From the IMG/VR virus record IMGVR_UViG_3300027747_003046, positions 14,418 to 78,417 of that record: a stretch of DNA of 64,000 nucleotides; one strand, written 5' to 3'. This stretch comes from a virus. The notes under the pieces are model-generated. The model worked only from the letters and a program-made list of their open reading frames with translations. It ran no database searches and was not told the DNA's origin. Within the stretch, counting starts at the first letter, position 1; every line of letters begins with the position of its first letter. The position numbers and the translations under genes were made by a program. Shown piece after piece: positions 8,975-17,147 of the stretch.

Positions 8975-9115
8975 ACTTTTACTATTTTGACACTAATTAT
9001 CTTAAAATGGTTCTAATTTTCTTCCTAGTGAAGTGGTTAAAACAGATAAGAGGACTTTATTATATAATTTGTTCTCACGGATTAAAAAACTGAATATGTT
9101 GAGGATTTTAAATTG

Positions 9116-9715
9116 ATGGAAGACAGAGTGGCTCTTGTTAAGGAATTGATAAGAGCCTTTTATCCTTTTGCCAAGAAGCACTTGGGCTTTAATAAGCCTG
9201 TTCGTTTATTTTTGCGCCATGATTCGCAAAATGCTGCCCAACCATTAGGTAAAACCGCATATTATGATCCAGAGCATATGTCTATAACCCTATACGTATC
9301 GGATAGGCATCCAAAAGATGTTGTTCGCTCTATGGCGCATGAATTAGTTCACCATAAACAAAATTGTGATGGAAGATTAACTAATATCAATACAGATAAT
9401 ATAACAGAAGATACAAATCTAGAAGAATTAGAAAAAGAAGCCTACGAAAAAGGCAATATTTGTTTTCGTTCTTGGGAAGATATGTATAAAGTACATAAAG
9501 CAGATACAGAAAAAGTATTGGAGAATAAAATAATGAATGAAAAGAAAGAAGGCGAATATTCAGGCGATATCACCGAAAATGATACCGTAAAAGAATATTA
9601 TGTTAAAAGAGCCGAAAAGGTTGCTGAACAAGTGGCCAATCGTATGGGAAACAAATTTGGTTTCAAGTTTGATTTAACTGAAAAAACAGAACAGAAAGGT
9701 GGTGATTCAAAATGA
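9116..9715 (+). CDS. Zincin-like (HExxH) metallopeptidase domain protein
   Basis: RSMAHELVHHKQ...LEKEAY. Confidence 0.7.
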   Translation: MEDRVALVKELIRAFYPFAKKHLGFNKPVRLFLRHDSQNAAQPLGKTAYYDPEHMSITLYVSDRHPKDVVRSMAHELVHHKQNCDGRLTNINTDNITEDTNLEELEKEAYEKGNICFRSWEDMYKVHKADTEKVLENKIMNEKKEGEYSGDITENDTVKEYYVKRAEKVAEQVANRMGNKFGFKFDLTEKTEQKGGDSK

Positions 9716-9972
9716 GAAAATCAAAGAAGCTAGCTCTATTAAGACTACGTAAACAAAAACAAGAAGCTGCAGCGGCCGAAGACGCCGCCAAATTGGCTGC
9801 TGAACAAGCTGCCAAAGAAGCAGAAGAACGTGCCGCAAAGGAAGCCGCAGAAAAGGTAGCAAAAGAAGCTGCTGCTAAAGCCGCGAAAGCCAAAGCAGAA
9901 AAAGAAGCCGCAGAAAAGGCTGCCAAAGAAGCTGCTGAAGCCGCAAAATCTGCTGCCGCAAAAGAGGAATGA
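9712..9972 (+). CDS. Ala/Glu/Lys-rich helical repeat protein
   Basis: Repeated AAKEAAEK-type units after a basic N-terminus; ATGA overlap. Confidence 0.65.
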   Translation: MRKSKKLALLRLRKQKQEAAAAEDAAKLAAEQAAKEAEERAAKEAAEKVAKEAAAKAAKAKAEKEAAEKAAKEAAEAAKSAAAKEE

Positions 9973-9975
9973 TAA

Positions 9976-10269
9976 ATGTCAAAAACTTTAAATGATTTAA
10001 CAAGAGACTTCCTTTTAAATGAAGGAACAATGAAAGAAGCTTCATTAAAAGCCTATATTCAGGCTCTTGAAGAAAATATTTTAAAGTTTGAGGCTCGTTC
10101 AAATACAGAAGCAAGAAGACTTGAAGTTATGAAAGAACAGCTACGTGGTATCAAAAGAAACACACGTAGATTAGAGGAACAACTTCATCTTCTTGAAAGC
10201 AAGAATCTAGAATTACAAGAACAGTTAAGTTTGCTACAAGAGAAAAAGGATACAGCAGAAAATGTTTGA
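9976..10269 (+). CDS. Coiled-coil hypothetical protein
   Basis: GAGG SD; heptad Leu pattern. Confidence 0.65.
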   Translation: MSKTLNDLTRDFLLNEGTMKEASLKAYIQALEENILKFEARSNTEARRLEVMKEQLRGIKRNTRRLEEQLHLLESKNLELQEQLSLLQEKKDTAENV

Positions 10270-13018
10270 TCTACTGTTAGAAGGTCGCCTTGGTGGTCAC
10301 ATGAGCCATATATATGAAAATGGCGATTTAACTTTTGGTGAATTAAAAGATGTTTTTAAGCAAGCATCAAAAGGCAAATTACAAGGCACCGAAAAAACAG
10401 ACGGTCAAAATATTAAATTATCGTTCTCTGTCAAGAGACAGGTAGCTCTTGGAGCAAGAAATGCGACACAGATTAAGCAAGGCGGTCTTTCAACAGACGA
10501 AATGGTTGCTTTCTTCGCAGATCATCCAAATCCAAATTTGAAGTTGGCATTTGGTGACGCAGTTAAGATTTTCGAAAAAGCTGTCAAACTATTGGATGTT
10601 GAAACCCAAATTGAACTGTTTGGTTCAAATGCTGACATTTGGTATAATGCCGAAGTAATGGATGATAGAACTCGTAACGTAGTTAATTACGATACAAGAA
10701 ATCTTCTTATTCATCGCACAGGTCACGCATTATATGATAAATCAACTGGTAAAATAGTAGAAGATACAACTGGCGAAACAGATAAAAAATCAACCAAATT
10801 TATGAACTTTCTAGAAAAAGTTCAAAATAAGGTTTCCAACAAAAGACACGCCATTCTTATAAATCCAATCCAGAATCTACAAGCTTTAAGTAACAAGGAA
10901 GCATTACGTATAGCTATTTCCGGAGTCGAAAAAGTAATGTCAAAATATGGTTTGAGTGATAACAATACCATAAATGATTTACTTCGTAAGGATTTGAACG
11001 AAAGAATTAAAACAAGACTTCCAGAAGAAATTAAAGCAAAAATTATTTCTAACTTTTTGGATGTTGGACCAAAAGTTGGCAAGAAAGAATTGAAAAAAGA
11101 CTTAACATCAGAATTGCGTGCCGAAGTTGATCAAATGATCGATAGTGGCACCACTTTGATGAAAGAAGCAATAAGACCAATTGAAATAATTGTTACAGAC
11201 TTTGCGGCTGAAATGTTAAAAACACTTGAAAGTATTTTTATTTTAGATAACAAAACTGAAACAGAAAGATTATCAAAAGAAGTTCAAGCAGCAATTCAAC
11301 AAATCCAGTCTTCTGGCAAAAAAGGTGATTTGGATTTCTTGAATCGCCAATTAGAAAAACTAAAAGGCGCTGATTCTATCTCTTCTGCTGTTGAAGGCTT
11401 TGCTTTCAGCTATAAAGGCCATCTTTACAAGTTTACAGGTAAATTTGCTCCTGTAAATCAGATCCTGGGTCTATCAAAGTATGGTAGAGGCAGTAAGTCA
11501 AGTCCAGAAGAACTTACAGAAGTTTCTAGTGGCTCAAAACGTTATGATATTGCTTTGTTGGGCGGTGGTTTCAAGCCACCACATAAAGGTCATATTGAAC
11601 TATTAAAACAACTAGCGGCAAAAGCAGATCATGTCATTGTTTTAACAAGCGATAAGTCATCAAAGGAAAGAGCATTTAGTAGCGGACAACTAAAAGGCCA
11701 AATAATTGATGGTGCCAAATCAAATCAAGTTTTAAAACAGATGATTTCTCAGGTTCCTGAATTGTCAAATGTTGAATTAAAGATTACCTCAGCTCCACTT
11801 CGTTTTATATTTGAATATGTTGAAAAAGAAGCAGCATATGGCGAAACAATACTTCTTGGTGTTGGCGATAAAGAAGATGATGCCAAAAGATTTGCTAATA
11901 TTGGTAAATACATTCCAAAAGATAGCAATATTAAAGTAGATATCGAAGTGCTCAAACCAACCACTTTTAACGGTGAAGCTTTAAGTGCCAGCAGAATGCG
12001 TGAAGTTATTTCAAATGGCAATTTGAGACAATTAATTAACTTTATTCCAGATGAAATTACTGATAAAACAAGATTTGCTCAATTTATATTAGATACTTTT
12101 TTAGGAAAAACTGAAAAATCTCTTGAACAAGAAATAGAAGAAGAAGTATTAAATCTATTTAATAAAGATAATATAAATGAGATGAGTGCGGTCGGTGCTG
12201 GTGCCATGGCATTTAGTCCGGCAGCAATTGGAGCGGAACCAGTAAAGAGGAACAAGAAAATGAAAGAAATCAAAAGAGAACAATTTATGGAAGAACTACA
12301 ATTAAGAAAGATGATCCGTAAGGCTCTTGTTCTTCGTGAAGAAAAAAAGAAAGCTGCTTTACAGCAAGAAGAGCTTTTAAGAAAAGAACTTCGTAAAATT
12401 ATACGAGAAGCAAAACAAGATTTTAACTACGGTAACACCGGTTTAAATAAGCTTGGTGCTTTCTTACAGGTTAAGAAACCACTTATTTCCTCTGAATACA
12501 AACAGCTTCAAACTGATAAGAGTCAACGTGACGCTTTCAAGGCTCGCTTGCTTGACCGTTCCAAGGAATTGTTTGATGAATTAGAAGCAAAATTACAAGC
12601 TGGCAAGGGAGGTTCCGAAGATGAATCTGAACTTGAAGAAGAAATTAATGTTTCTATTGATGAGCCAGTCGATAACAAACTTTTGCCAGGTATTCTTGAT
12701 CCAAAGAAAGAACCCAAAGCTAAAAAAGATAAAGAAAAAGAATTTAAAGTTGAACCAACTGGCGAAAGAGAAGCTTCTAACTTTTTTGAAAGTTATGAAG
12801 GTGAACTTACAGAAATTTATACTGGACTTGACAATCCAACCGATCGACAGATGTTCCGGGATTACTACATGAGTAATGTAGCCGCTATCATGGATCAGGC
12901 TGAAGCTGAAGCTGGTAATGTTGCTAAACCAGTTGACACAACACCACCAGAAGGTGCTCAAGCTCAACAAACAACTAGCGAACCAGCACCAGATCAGCAA
13001 AATCAACCAACTGTTTGA
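10262..13018 (+). CDS. Multidomain protein: ligase-like KxDG nucleotidyltransferase domain + HxGH cytidylyltransferase-like domain + acidic C-terminal region
   Basis: TEKTDGQN (aa 43-50), EGFAF, YKFTG; GGGFKPPHKGH and LSASRMRE. Confidence 0.75.
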   Translation: MFDLLLEGRLGGHMSHIYENGDLTFGELKDVFKQASKGKLQGTEKTDGQNIKLSFSVKRQVALGARNATQIKQGGLSTDEMVAFFADHPNPNLKLAFGDAVKIFEKAVKLLDVETQIELFGSNADIWYNAEVMDDRTRNVVNYDTRNLLIHRTGHALYDKSTGKIVEDTTGETDKKSTKFMNFLEKVQNKVSNKRHAILINPIQNLQALSNKEALRIAISGVEKVMSKYGLSDNNTINDLLRKDLNERIKTRLPEEIKAKIISNFLDVGPKVGKKELKKDLTSELRAEVDQMIDSGTTLMKEAIRPIEIIVTDFAAEMLKTLESIFILDNKTETERLSKEVQAAIQQIQSSGKKGDLDFLNRQLEKLKGADSISSAVEGFAFSYKGHLYKFTGKFAPVNQILGLSKYGRGSKSSPEELTEVSSGSKRYDIALLGGGFKPPHKGHIELLKQLAAKADHVIVLTSDKSSKERAFSSGQLKGQIIDGAKSNQVLKQMISQVPELSNVELKITSAPLRFIFEYVEKEAAYGETILLGVGDKEDDAKRFANIGKYIPKDSNIKVDIEVLKPTTFNGEALSASRMREVISNGNLRQLINFIPDEITDKTRFAQFILDTFLGKTEKSLEQEIEEEVLNLFNKDNINEMSAVGAGAMAFSPAAIGAEPVKRNKKMKEIKREQFMEELQLRKMIRKALVLREEKKKAALQQEELLRKELRKIIREAKQDFNYGNTGLNKLGAFLQVKKPLISSEYKQLQTDKSQRDAFKARLLDRSKELFDELEAKLQAGKGGSEDESELEEEINVSIDEPVDNKLLPGILDPKKEPKAKKDKEKEFKVEPTGEREASNFFESYEGELTEIYTGLDNPTDRQMFRDYYMSNVAAIMDQAEAEAGNVAKPVDTTPPEGAQAQQTTSEPAPDQQNQPTV

Positions 13019-13045
13019 ACTGAGCACGTTTTGTATGTAGCATAA

Positions 13046-13220
13046 GATCGGATCTTTGTTCAGAAGATCCGATCAGATCACACACTTGTCGTCACAGCCT
13101 CTTAACAGATCAAACTGGATCTGATTATAATCGATCTACCAGATCAGATCTTAATAAAAATAAATAAAATCAAATACAAATAAATAAAGATCCTATAAAA
13201 TACTAATATAAGATCTTATA
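13046..13220. other. Candidate replication origin: GATC cluster, inverted repeats, A-rich unwinding tract
   Basis: 12 GATC in 13046-13215; 11-bp inverted repeat 13046-13056/13064-13074; A-rich tract 13152-13188; 14-bp palindrome TATAAGATCTTATA 13207-13220. Confidence 0.5.
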
Positions 13221-13237
13221 AGAAAGAACTGAATACT

Positions 13238-13513
13238 ATGAGTAGATCTTTTAAAGATATCGGAACAGATATTGGATCTTTGGTAGAACAGAAAAACAAA
13301 GCTTATGGATCTTCTTTTGAAAAAAGTGCTGAGATCATAAAAATTCTTTATCCAGATGGTGTAAAACCAGAACAATATACAGATCTTTTAGCTATTACTA
13401 GAGTTCTTGATAAATTATTCAGAATTGCTACCAAAAAAGATGCCTTTGGAGAAAGTCCTTGGCAAGACATAGCAGGTTATGCTATTTTGGGTATCAGTAA
13501 GGATGAAAAATGA
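13238..13513 (+). CDS. Nucleotide-modification-associated domain (Nmad1/DUF1599-like) protein
   Basis: KNKAYGSSF...DKLFRI...WQDIAGYAILG. Confidence 0.65.
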   Translation: MSRSFKDIGTDIGSLVEQKNKAYGSSFEKSAEIIKILYPDGVKPEQYTDLLAITRVLDKLFRIATKKDAFGESPWQDIAGYAILGISKDEK

Positions 13514-13887
13514 TTTCAGTTCCATATGAAAAGAAAAAGAAAATCTACGGAACAAGGAAACATTATTCAGTCATCTCTAAATTAGAGAATGACGGAAAAA
13601 TAAATGAACAGTTCCAGCTTATGATGAATAAGTTATCATTTGAAGAAGTAATTGCTGCCAAGTTAGAATTAGCAGCAAAAGCTTCTGGTGGTTTTATTTA
13701 TGGCATACCTATTTGGAACTCGTTATTACATATAGTTCGTGATGCTACATTAAAATTTGCTTTATCAGCGACACGCACAAAAGCAGAAGCAGCCAGATTT
13801 CTTGGTGTAAATATTGATAATTTTAACACCTATTTAGATCAATACGAAACAGAAAATTATTTTGAAGATTCAGAAAATAAAAACTAG
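13510..13887 (+). CDS. Fis-type helix-turn-helix protein
   Basis: C-terminal FALSATRTKAEAARFLGVN resembles the Fis/NtrC HTH. Confidence 0.6.
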   Translation: MISVPYEKKKKIYGTRKHYSVISKLENDGKINEQFQLMMNKLSFEEVIAAKLELAAKASGGFIYGIPIWNSLLHIVRDATLKFALSATRTKAEAARFLGVNIDNFNTYLDQYETENYFEDSENKN

Positions 13888-13897
13888 TTAAGATTAC

Positions 13898-13970
13898 GGG
13901 CTTGTAGCTCAATTGGGAGAGCGCCAGATTTGCATTCTGGAGGTTGTGGGATCGTCCCCCATCAGGTCCA
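13898..13970 (+). tRNA. tRNA-Ala(TGC), no encoded CCA
   Basis: Cloverleaf; CCAGA-tt TGC at-TCTGG anticodon arm; G3:U70 pair; T-loop ATCGTCC. Confidence 0.9.
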
Positions 13971-14022
13971 TAAATTTCTTTGTGGTGTGTGGAGAATTTG
14001 AACTTCACACACTATTTATTTT

Positions 14023-14541
14023 ATGACTAAAAAAATACAAAAACAATGTTTGGCATGTAATAAAATATTTTTGGCACCTTCTTCAGAAGTCAATAGAGGT
14101 AATGGTAGATATTGTTCTATAGATTGTGGAAGAAAATCAAGAAGTCTGTTTAAAAAACAGAAACAGCATAATTGTCATTGTGCTTTTTGTAATAAAACAT
14201 TTTATAGAAATAATACAAAACAAAAAGCATCAAGAAGTGGATTACAATTCTGCAATCGATTATGTAAAGAAAAAGCTCAAAAATTAGGTGGTATAAAAGA
14301 AATACAACCAGAACACTATGGAAAGGGCGTTTTCGATTATCGTAAATTTGCTTTAGAACAAAAACCACACGTTTGTGAAAAATGTGGTTATAATAAAATT
14401 CCACAAATTTTAGAAGTTCATCACAAAGATAGAAATAGAAAAAATAACGATATTTTAAATTTACAAATTTTATGTTCTAGATGCCACGATGAAGAACACT
14501 ATTTAACAAATACTGGAAAATGGCTTAAAAAGTTTGAATAA
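14023..14541 (+). CDS. HNH endonuclease (putative free-standing homing endonuclease)
   Basis: CEKCG...LEVHHKDRNRKNNDILNLQILCSRCHDEEH; N-terminal CSxxC zinc repeats; ACTATTTA at 14011-14018. Confidence 0.88.
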   Translation: MTKKIQKQCLACNKIFLAPSSEVNRGNGRYCSIDCGRKSRSLFKKQKQHNCHCAFCNKTFYRNNTKQKASRSGLQFCNRLCKEKAQKLGGIKEIQPEHYGKGVFDYRKFALEQKPHVCEKCGYNKIPQILEVHHKDRNRKNNDILNLQILCSRCHDEEHYLTNTGKWLKKFE

Positions 14542-14558
14542 ACTAATTAATAAAAGTT

Positions 14559-14942
14559 ATGATCAAAAAATTAATTTCAGCAATCAGAAAAAAGAAAGAA
14601 GACCCATCGGTTCGTCCGTGGGGCAATTATCAGATTCTTCACGAAGAAGATTCTCATAAAGTAAAAGTAATAACTGTTCTTCCTGGAAAAAGATTAAGTC
14701 TCCAGTCACACGAGAAGCGTGAAGAATTTTGGGTTGTTGTTGAAGGTGAAGGTTTAATGACATTAGGAATAATGAAGTTTACTATGAAAGTAGGAGACAA
14801 AGTTAAAATACCACTCAGAACAAAGCACAGAATAGAAAATATAGGTTCAGTTCCACTTAAATTTATTGAAGTTCAGACTGGTACCTATTTTGGTGAAGAT
14901 GATATAATCAGATATGAAGATGATTTTGGGAGAGCACAATGA
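14559..14942 (+). CDS. Mannose-6-phosphate isomerase type II C-terminal cupin
   Basis: RPWG, RLSLQSH, EFWVVVEG, HRIEN, IEVQTGTYFGEDDIIRYEDDFGR. Confidence 0.9.
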   Translation: MIKKLISAIRKKKEDPSVRPWGNYQILHEEDSHKVKVITVLPGKRLSLQSHEKREEFWVVVEGEGLMTLGIMKFTMKVGDKVKIPLRTKHRIENIGSVPLKFIEVQTGTYFGEDDIIRYEDDFGRAQ

Positions 14943-15145
14943 AACTAAGAGTTGATAATGTAAAAGAAAACGGTGATGGTTCAGTTACTGTTGACTTTGA
15001 AATAGACGATGAAATGGAAGAGTTTATAGCTAAACGATACGGTGTCACTGTTGAAGAACTAACTCCGGAACAAACCCAAGAATTCGTCTTAGAGGCAATA
15101 AACGGTTTAGTAAAAGAAAAAGAAAAAGAATTACAACAACCTTGA
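14939..15145 (+). CDS. Hypothetical acidic protein
   Basis: ATGA overlap, GGAG SD. Confidence 0.65.
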   Translation: MKLRVDNVKENGDGSVTVDFEIDDEMEEFIAKRYGVTVEELTPEQTQEFVLEAINGLVKEKEKELQQP

Positions 15146-15201
15146 TTTCTTGATAGTGCGTAATGTGTGGTTAATACCCGTATTACGCACTATTTATTTT
15201 T

Positions 15202-16086
15202 ATGAAAATTATATTTGAAAAAGAAAAGAAAGGTGATCGTTGTACACGTATTGCGAAGCGCAAATATGATGTATGGCCATCAGCATATGCTTCTGGAGCT
15301 GTTGTTAAATGCCGCCAAGGAAAGATTTGGAAAGGTATTAGTGAAGAAATAACAGAAGAAGAATTACAAGAAATGATAGCCGAAGAGCTAGCCGAAGAAT
15401 TAAATAATTTAGAAGAAGAAAAAAAGAAGCCCGATTTCAAAAAAGAGAAAGAACAAGGACTACATGGTTGGTTTTCCAGAAAAGGCGGAAAAGATGGAAA
15501 AGGTTGGGTAGACTGTAATACTTGCCGCACAGACAAAGAAACTGGAAAAAAGACTTGTAAATCTTGTGGTAGACAAGAAGGCGAAAAAAGAGCTAAATAT
15601 CCGGCTTGTAGACCAAAGCCAGGTGATTGTGGATCTACCGGTAAAGGAAGCGAGTGGGGCAAGAAATCAGAATCTGTTGAAATAGAAAATTCTAATCTAT
15701 TAGAACAGGAAGAAGATCCCAAGAAGCAAGCAGATGCTGCTATAAAGGATGCCGCCGCCGTTGCCAAAGCTGCCGAACAAGAGAAAAGAGCGCAGGTGAT
15801 GGTCAACAAAGCAAGACCATCAGAGCAACAAGCATCAAAACAGGCTGATTTAAAAAGTAAGTTAGAACAAGAAAAGATAGCCAAAGATAATTTAAAGAAA
15901 GCCAAAGAAAGTGCTGAACAGATTTCGGAAGAAAAAAGCAATTTTCAAAAAGAAATGGAAAGAAAAGGTAAAGGCTGGAAAATTCGTTTGTTAACAAAGG
16001 GCAAGCAATCAGCCGGTTCAGCTTATCCAAATAAGGCACCAGTAGAGAGAGCAAAAAGCGCACCTCCCGGTGCAGGTGGAGTTTGA
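15202..16086 (+). CDS. Modular basic-domain protein with acidic (I/L)xE-rich linkers
   Basis: WPSAYASGAVVKCR and GWVDC...YPACRP domains separated by ISEEITEEELQEMIAEELAEELNNLEEE; ACTATTTA at 15189-15196. Confidence 0.7.
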   Translation: MKIIFEKEKKGDRCTRIAKRKYDVWPSAYASGAVVKCRQGKIWKGISEEITEEELQEMIAEELAEELNNLEEEKKKPDFKKEKEQGLHGWFSRKGGKDGKGWVDCNTCRTDKETGKKTCKSCGRQEGEKRAKYPACRPKPGDCGSTGKGSEWGKKSESVEIENSNLLEQEEDPKKQADAAIKDAAAVAKAAEQEKRAQVMVNKARPSEQQASKQADLKSKLEQEKIAKDNLKKAKESAEQISEEKSNFQKEMERKGKGWKIRLLTKGKQSAGSAYPNKAPVERAKSAPPGAGGV

Positions 16087-16087
16087 T

Positions 16088-16684
16088 ATGACACAAGAAA
16101 TGAAAAAATTATTAAGAGAGTTTAAGACTTATCTTACAGAAGAATCAAAGATTACTGATGCTTATTCAGTTTTAAAATTATTTGTTAGTTTGGGTGCTGA
16201 GCCGGGAACACCAGAAGCACAAGTCATTTCAAATATCCAAAATATTGTTAATTTTTCTGATCGTTATAAAGAAGCACCAGAATTATTAACCTCTTCACCA
16301 AGAGACGTTGTGGTAGCACAAGAAAAAATATCAGACAAATATGTTCAGAAATTTATTATTGACTTGCTGAATAAAAATGGTTTGCCACAAGAAAAAATTT
16401 CTCAATTCATGAATTATGTCTCTCAAACAACAAAGAGTCCAGAAGAAATTCAGCAAGCAGCAGCTGAATACAGCAAAGAAAAAGAAGAAAAAGAGAAAGA
16501 TGCTTATGAATTGGGTGATGAAGATGTTACTCCACCCCCACCACAACAAAATAAAACTGTATCTCCTCCAACTCGCAGAAAGGCTGCTCCAAAGCCCGTT
16601 AGTGGAGTAAAGCCTGTCACACCAGAAGATAGCGCCTTGGCAGCTTACCGTAAAAAAGCAACAGGCAATACAACAAAGCCATAA
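16088..16684 (+). CDS. Hypothetical protein with MKKLLREFKTYLTEE leader
   Basis: GGAG SD before ATG 16088. Confidence 0.7.
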   Translation: MTQEMKKLLREFKTYLTEESKITDAYSVLKLFVSLGAEPGTPEAQVISNIQNIVNFSDRYKEAPELLTSSPRDVVVAQEKISDKYVQKFIIDLLNKNGLPQEKISQFMNYVSQTTKSPEEIQQAAAEYSKEKEEKEKDAYELGDEDVTPPPPQQNKTVSPPTRRKAAPKPVSGVKPVTPEDSALAAYRKKATGNTTKP

Positions 16685-16689
16685 TACCC

Positions 16690-16718
16690 TTTACAAACTT
16701 TAAGAGTTCGTTTAGACT
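16690..16718 (+). promoter_or_regulatory. Sigma70-type promoter for tRNA-Ser
   Basis: TTTACA-17 nt-TAGACT ending 8 nt before the tRNA. Confidence 0.65.
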
Positions 16719-16726
16719 GTTCGTAT

Positions 16727-16816
16727 GGATCGATAGCCAAGTGGCTTACGGCACCGGATTACTAACCCGGCATAGCAGAAATGCTATCGAAAGTTCGAAT
16801 CTTTCTCGATCCGCCA
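16727..16816 (+). tRNA. tRNA-Ser(ACT)
   Basis: GGATCGA/TCGATCC acceptor, G73, CCA, long variable arm, TTCGAAT T-loop; anticodon loop tt-ACT-aa (ACT at 16761-16763). Confidence 0.85.
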
Positions 16817-16832
16817 TTCTCAAGGAGAGAAT

Positions 16833-17084
16833 ATGAACGATATTAAAGAAGTGGTTGAGCAAAAACAGGGTCAACCATGGAAAATCGAAAAAACCTGTGA
16901 AGATTTTGAAACAGCCGATACGGCAAGAAAGAATTTACTTGCTAATAGCAGTGATGGGCTACAAGCAAAAGTAAAATTTTTACCATCAATTGGTAAGTTT
17001 GTGGTAAAAAGCCGAAGCCCACTAGAAGCCGTAGTTGAACAAAAAACTAATAAGAAAAACAAGAAGCAAACTCCCGCCGCTTGA
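16833..17084 (+). CDS. Hypothetical protein
   Basis: AAGGAG SD. Confidence 0.65.
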   Translation: MNDIKEVVEQKQGQPWKIEKTCEDFETADTARKNLLANSSDGLQAKVKFLPSIGKFVVKSRSPLEAVVEQKTNKKNKKQTPAA

Positions 17085-17109
17085 CACCAGCCCCAGATCG
17101 TGTTAAGAT
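17081..17109 (+). promoter_or_regulatory. Sigma70-type promoter for tRNA-Ile(TAT)
   Basis: TTGACA-17 nt-TAAGAT with TG extension. Confidence 0.8.
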
Positions 17110-17147
17110 GGTTTCACCAGATCGGCCCCAGACGGTTTGGTGGTTCT

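Noticed and set aside
9007-9093. 28-codon ORF after the late-type motif at 8992
   Set aside because: Too short and no recognisable features; cannot be supported without expression data.
13046-13150. GATC-containing repeats as a CRISPR array or tandem repeat
   Set aside because: Units are only 4-6 nt with irregular spacing; no constant repeat-spacer period.
15183-15941. Long antisense ORFs (for example 252 aa at 15183-15941 and 144 aa at 12593-13027)
   Set aside because: Shadow frames of Glu/Lys-rich plus-strand genes, giving Ser/Phe/Leu-rich translations with no motifs.
16755-16770. Reading the tRNA-Ser loop as CTA (amber suppressor), implying a recoded genome
   Set aside because: The stem register puts U33 before ACT. 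TAG, TGA and TAA all end well-formed genes and long ORFs are intact in the standard code.
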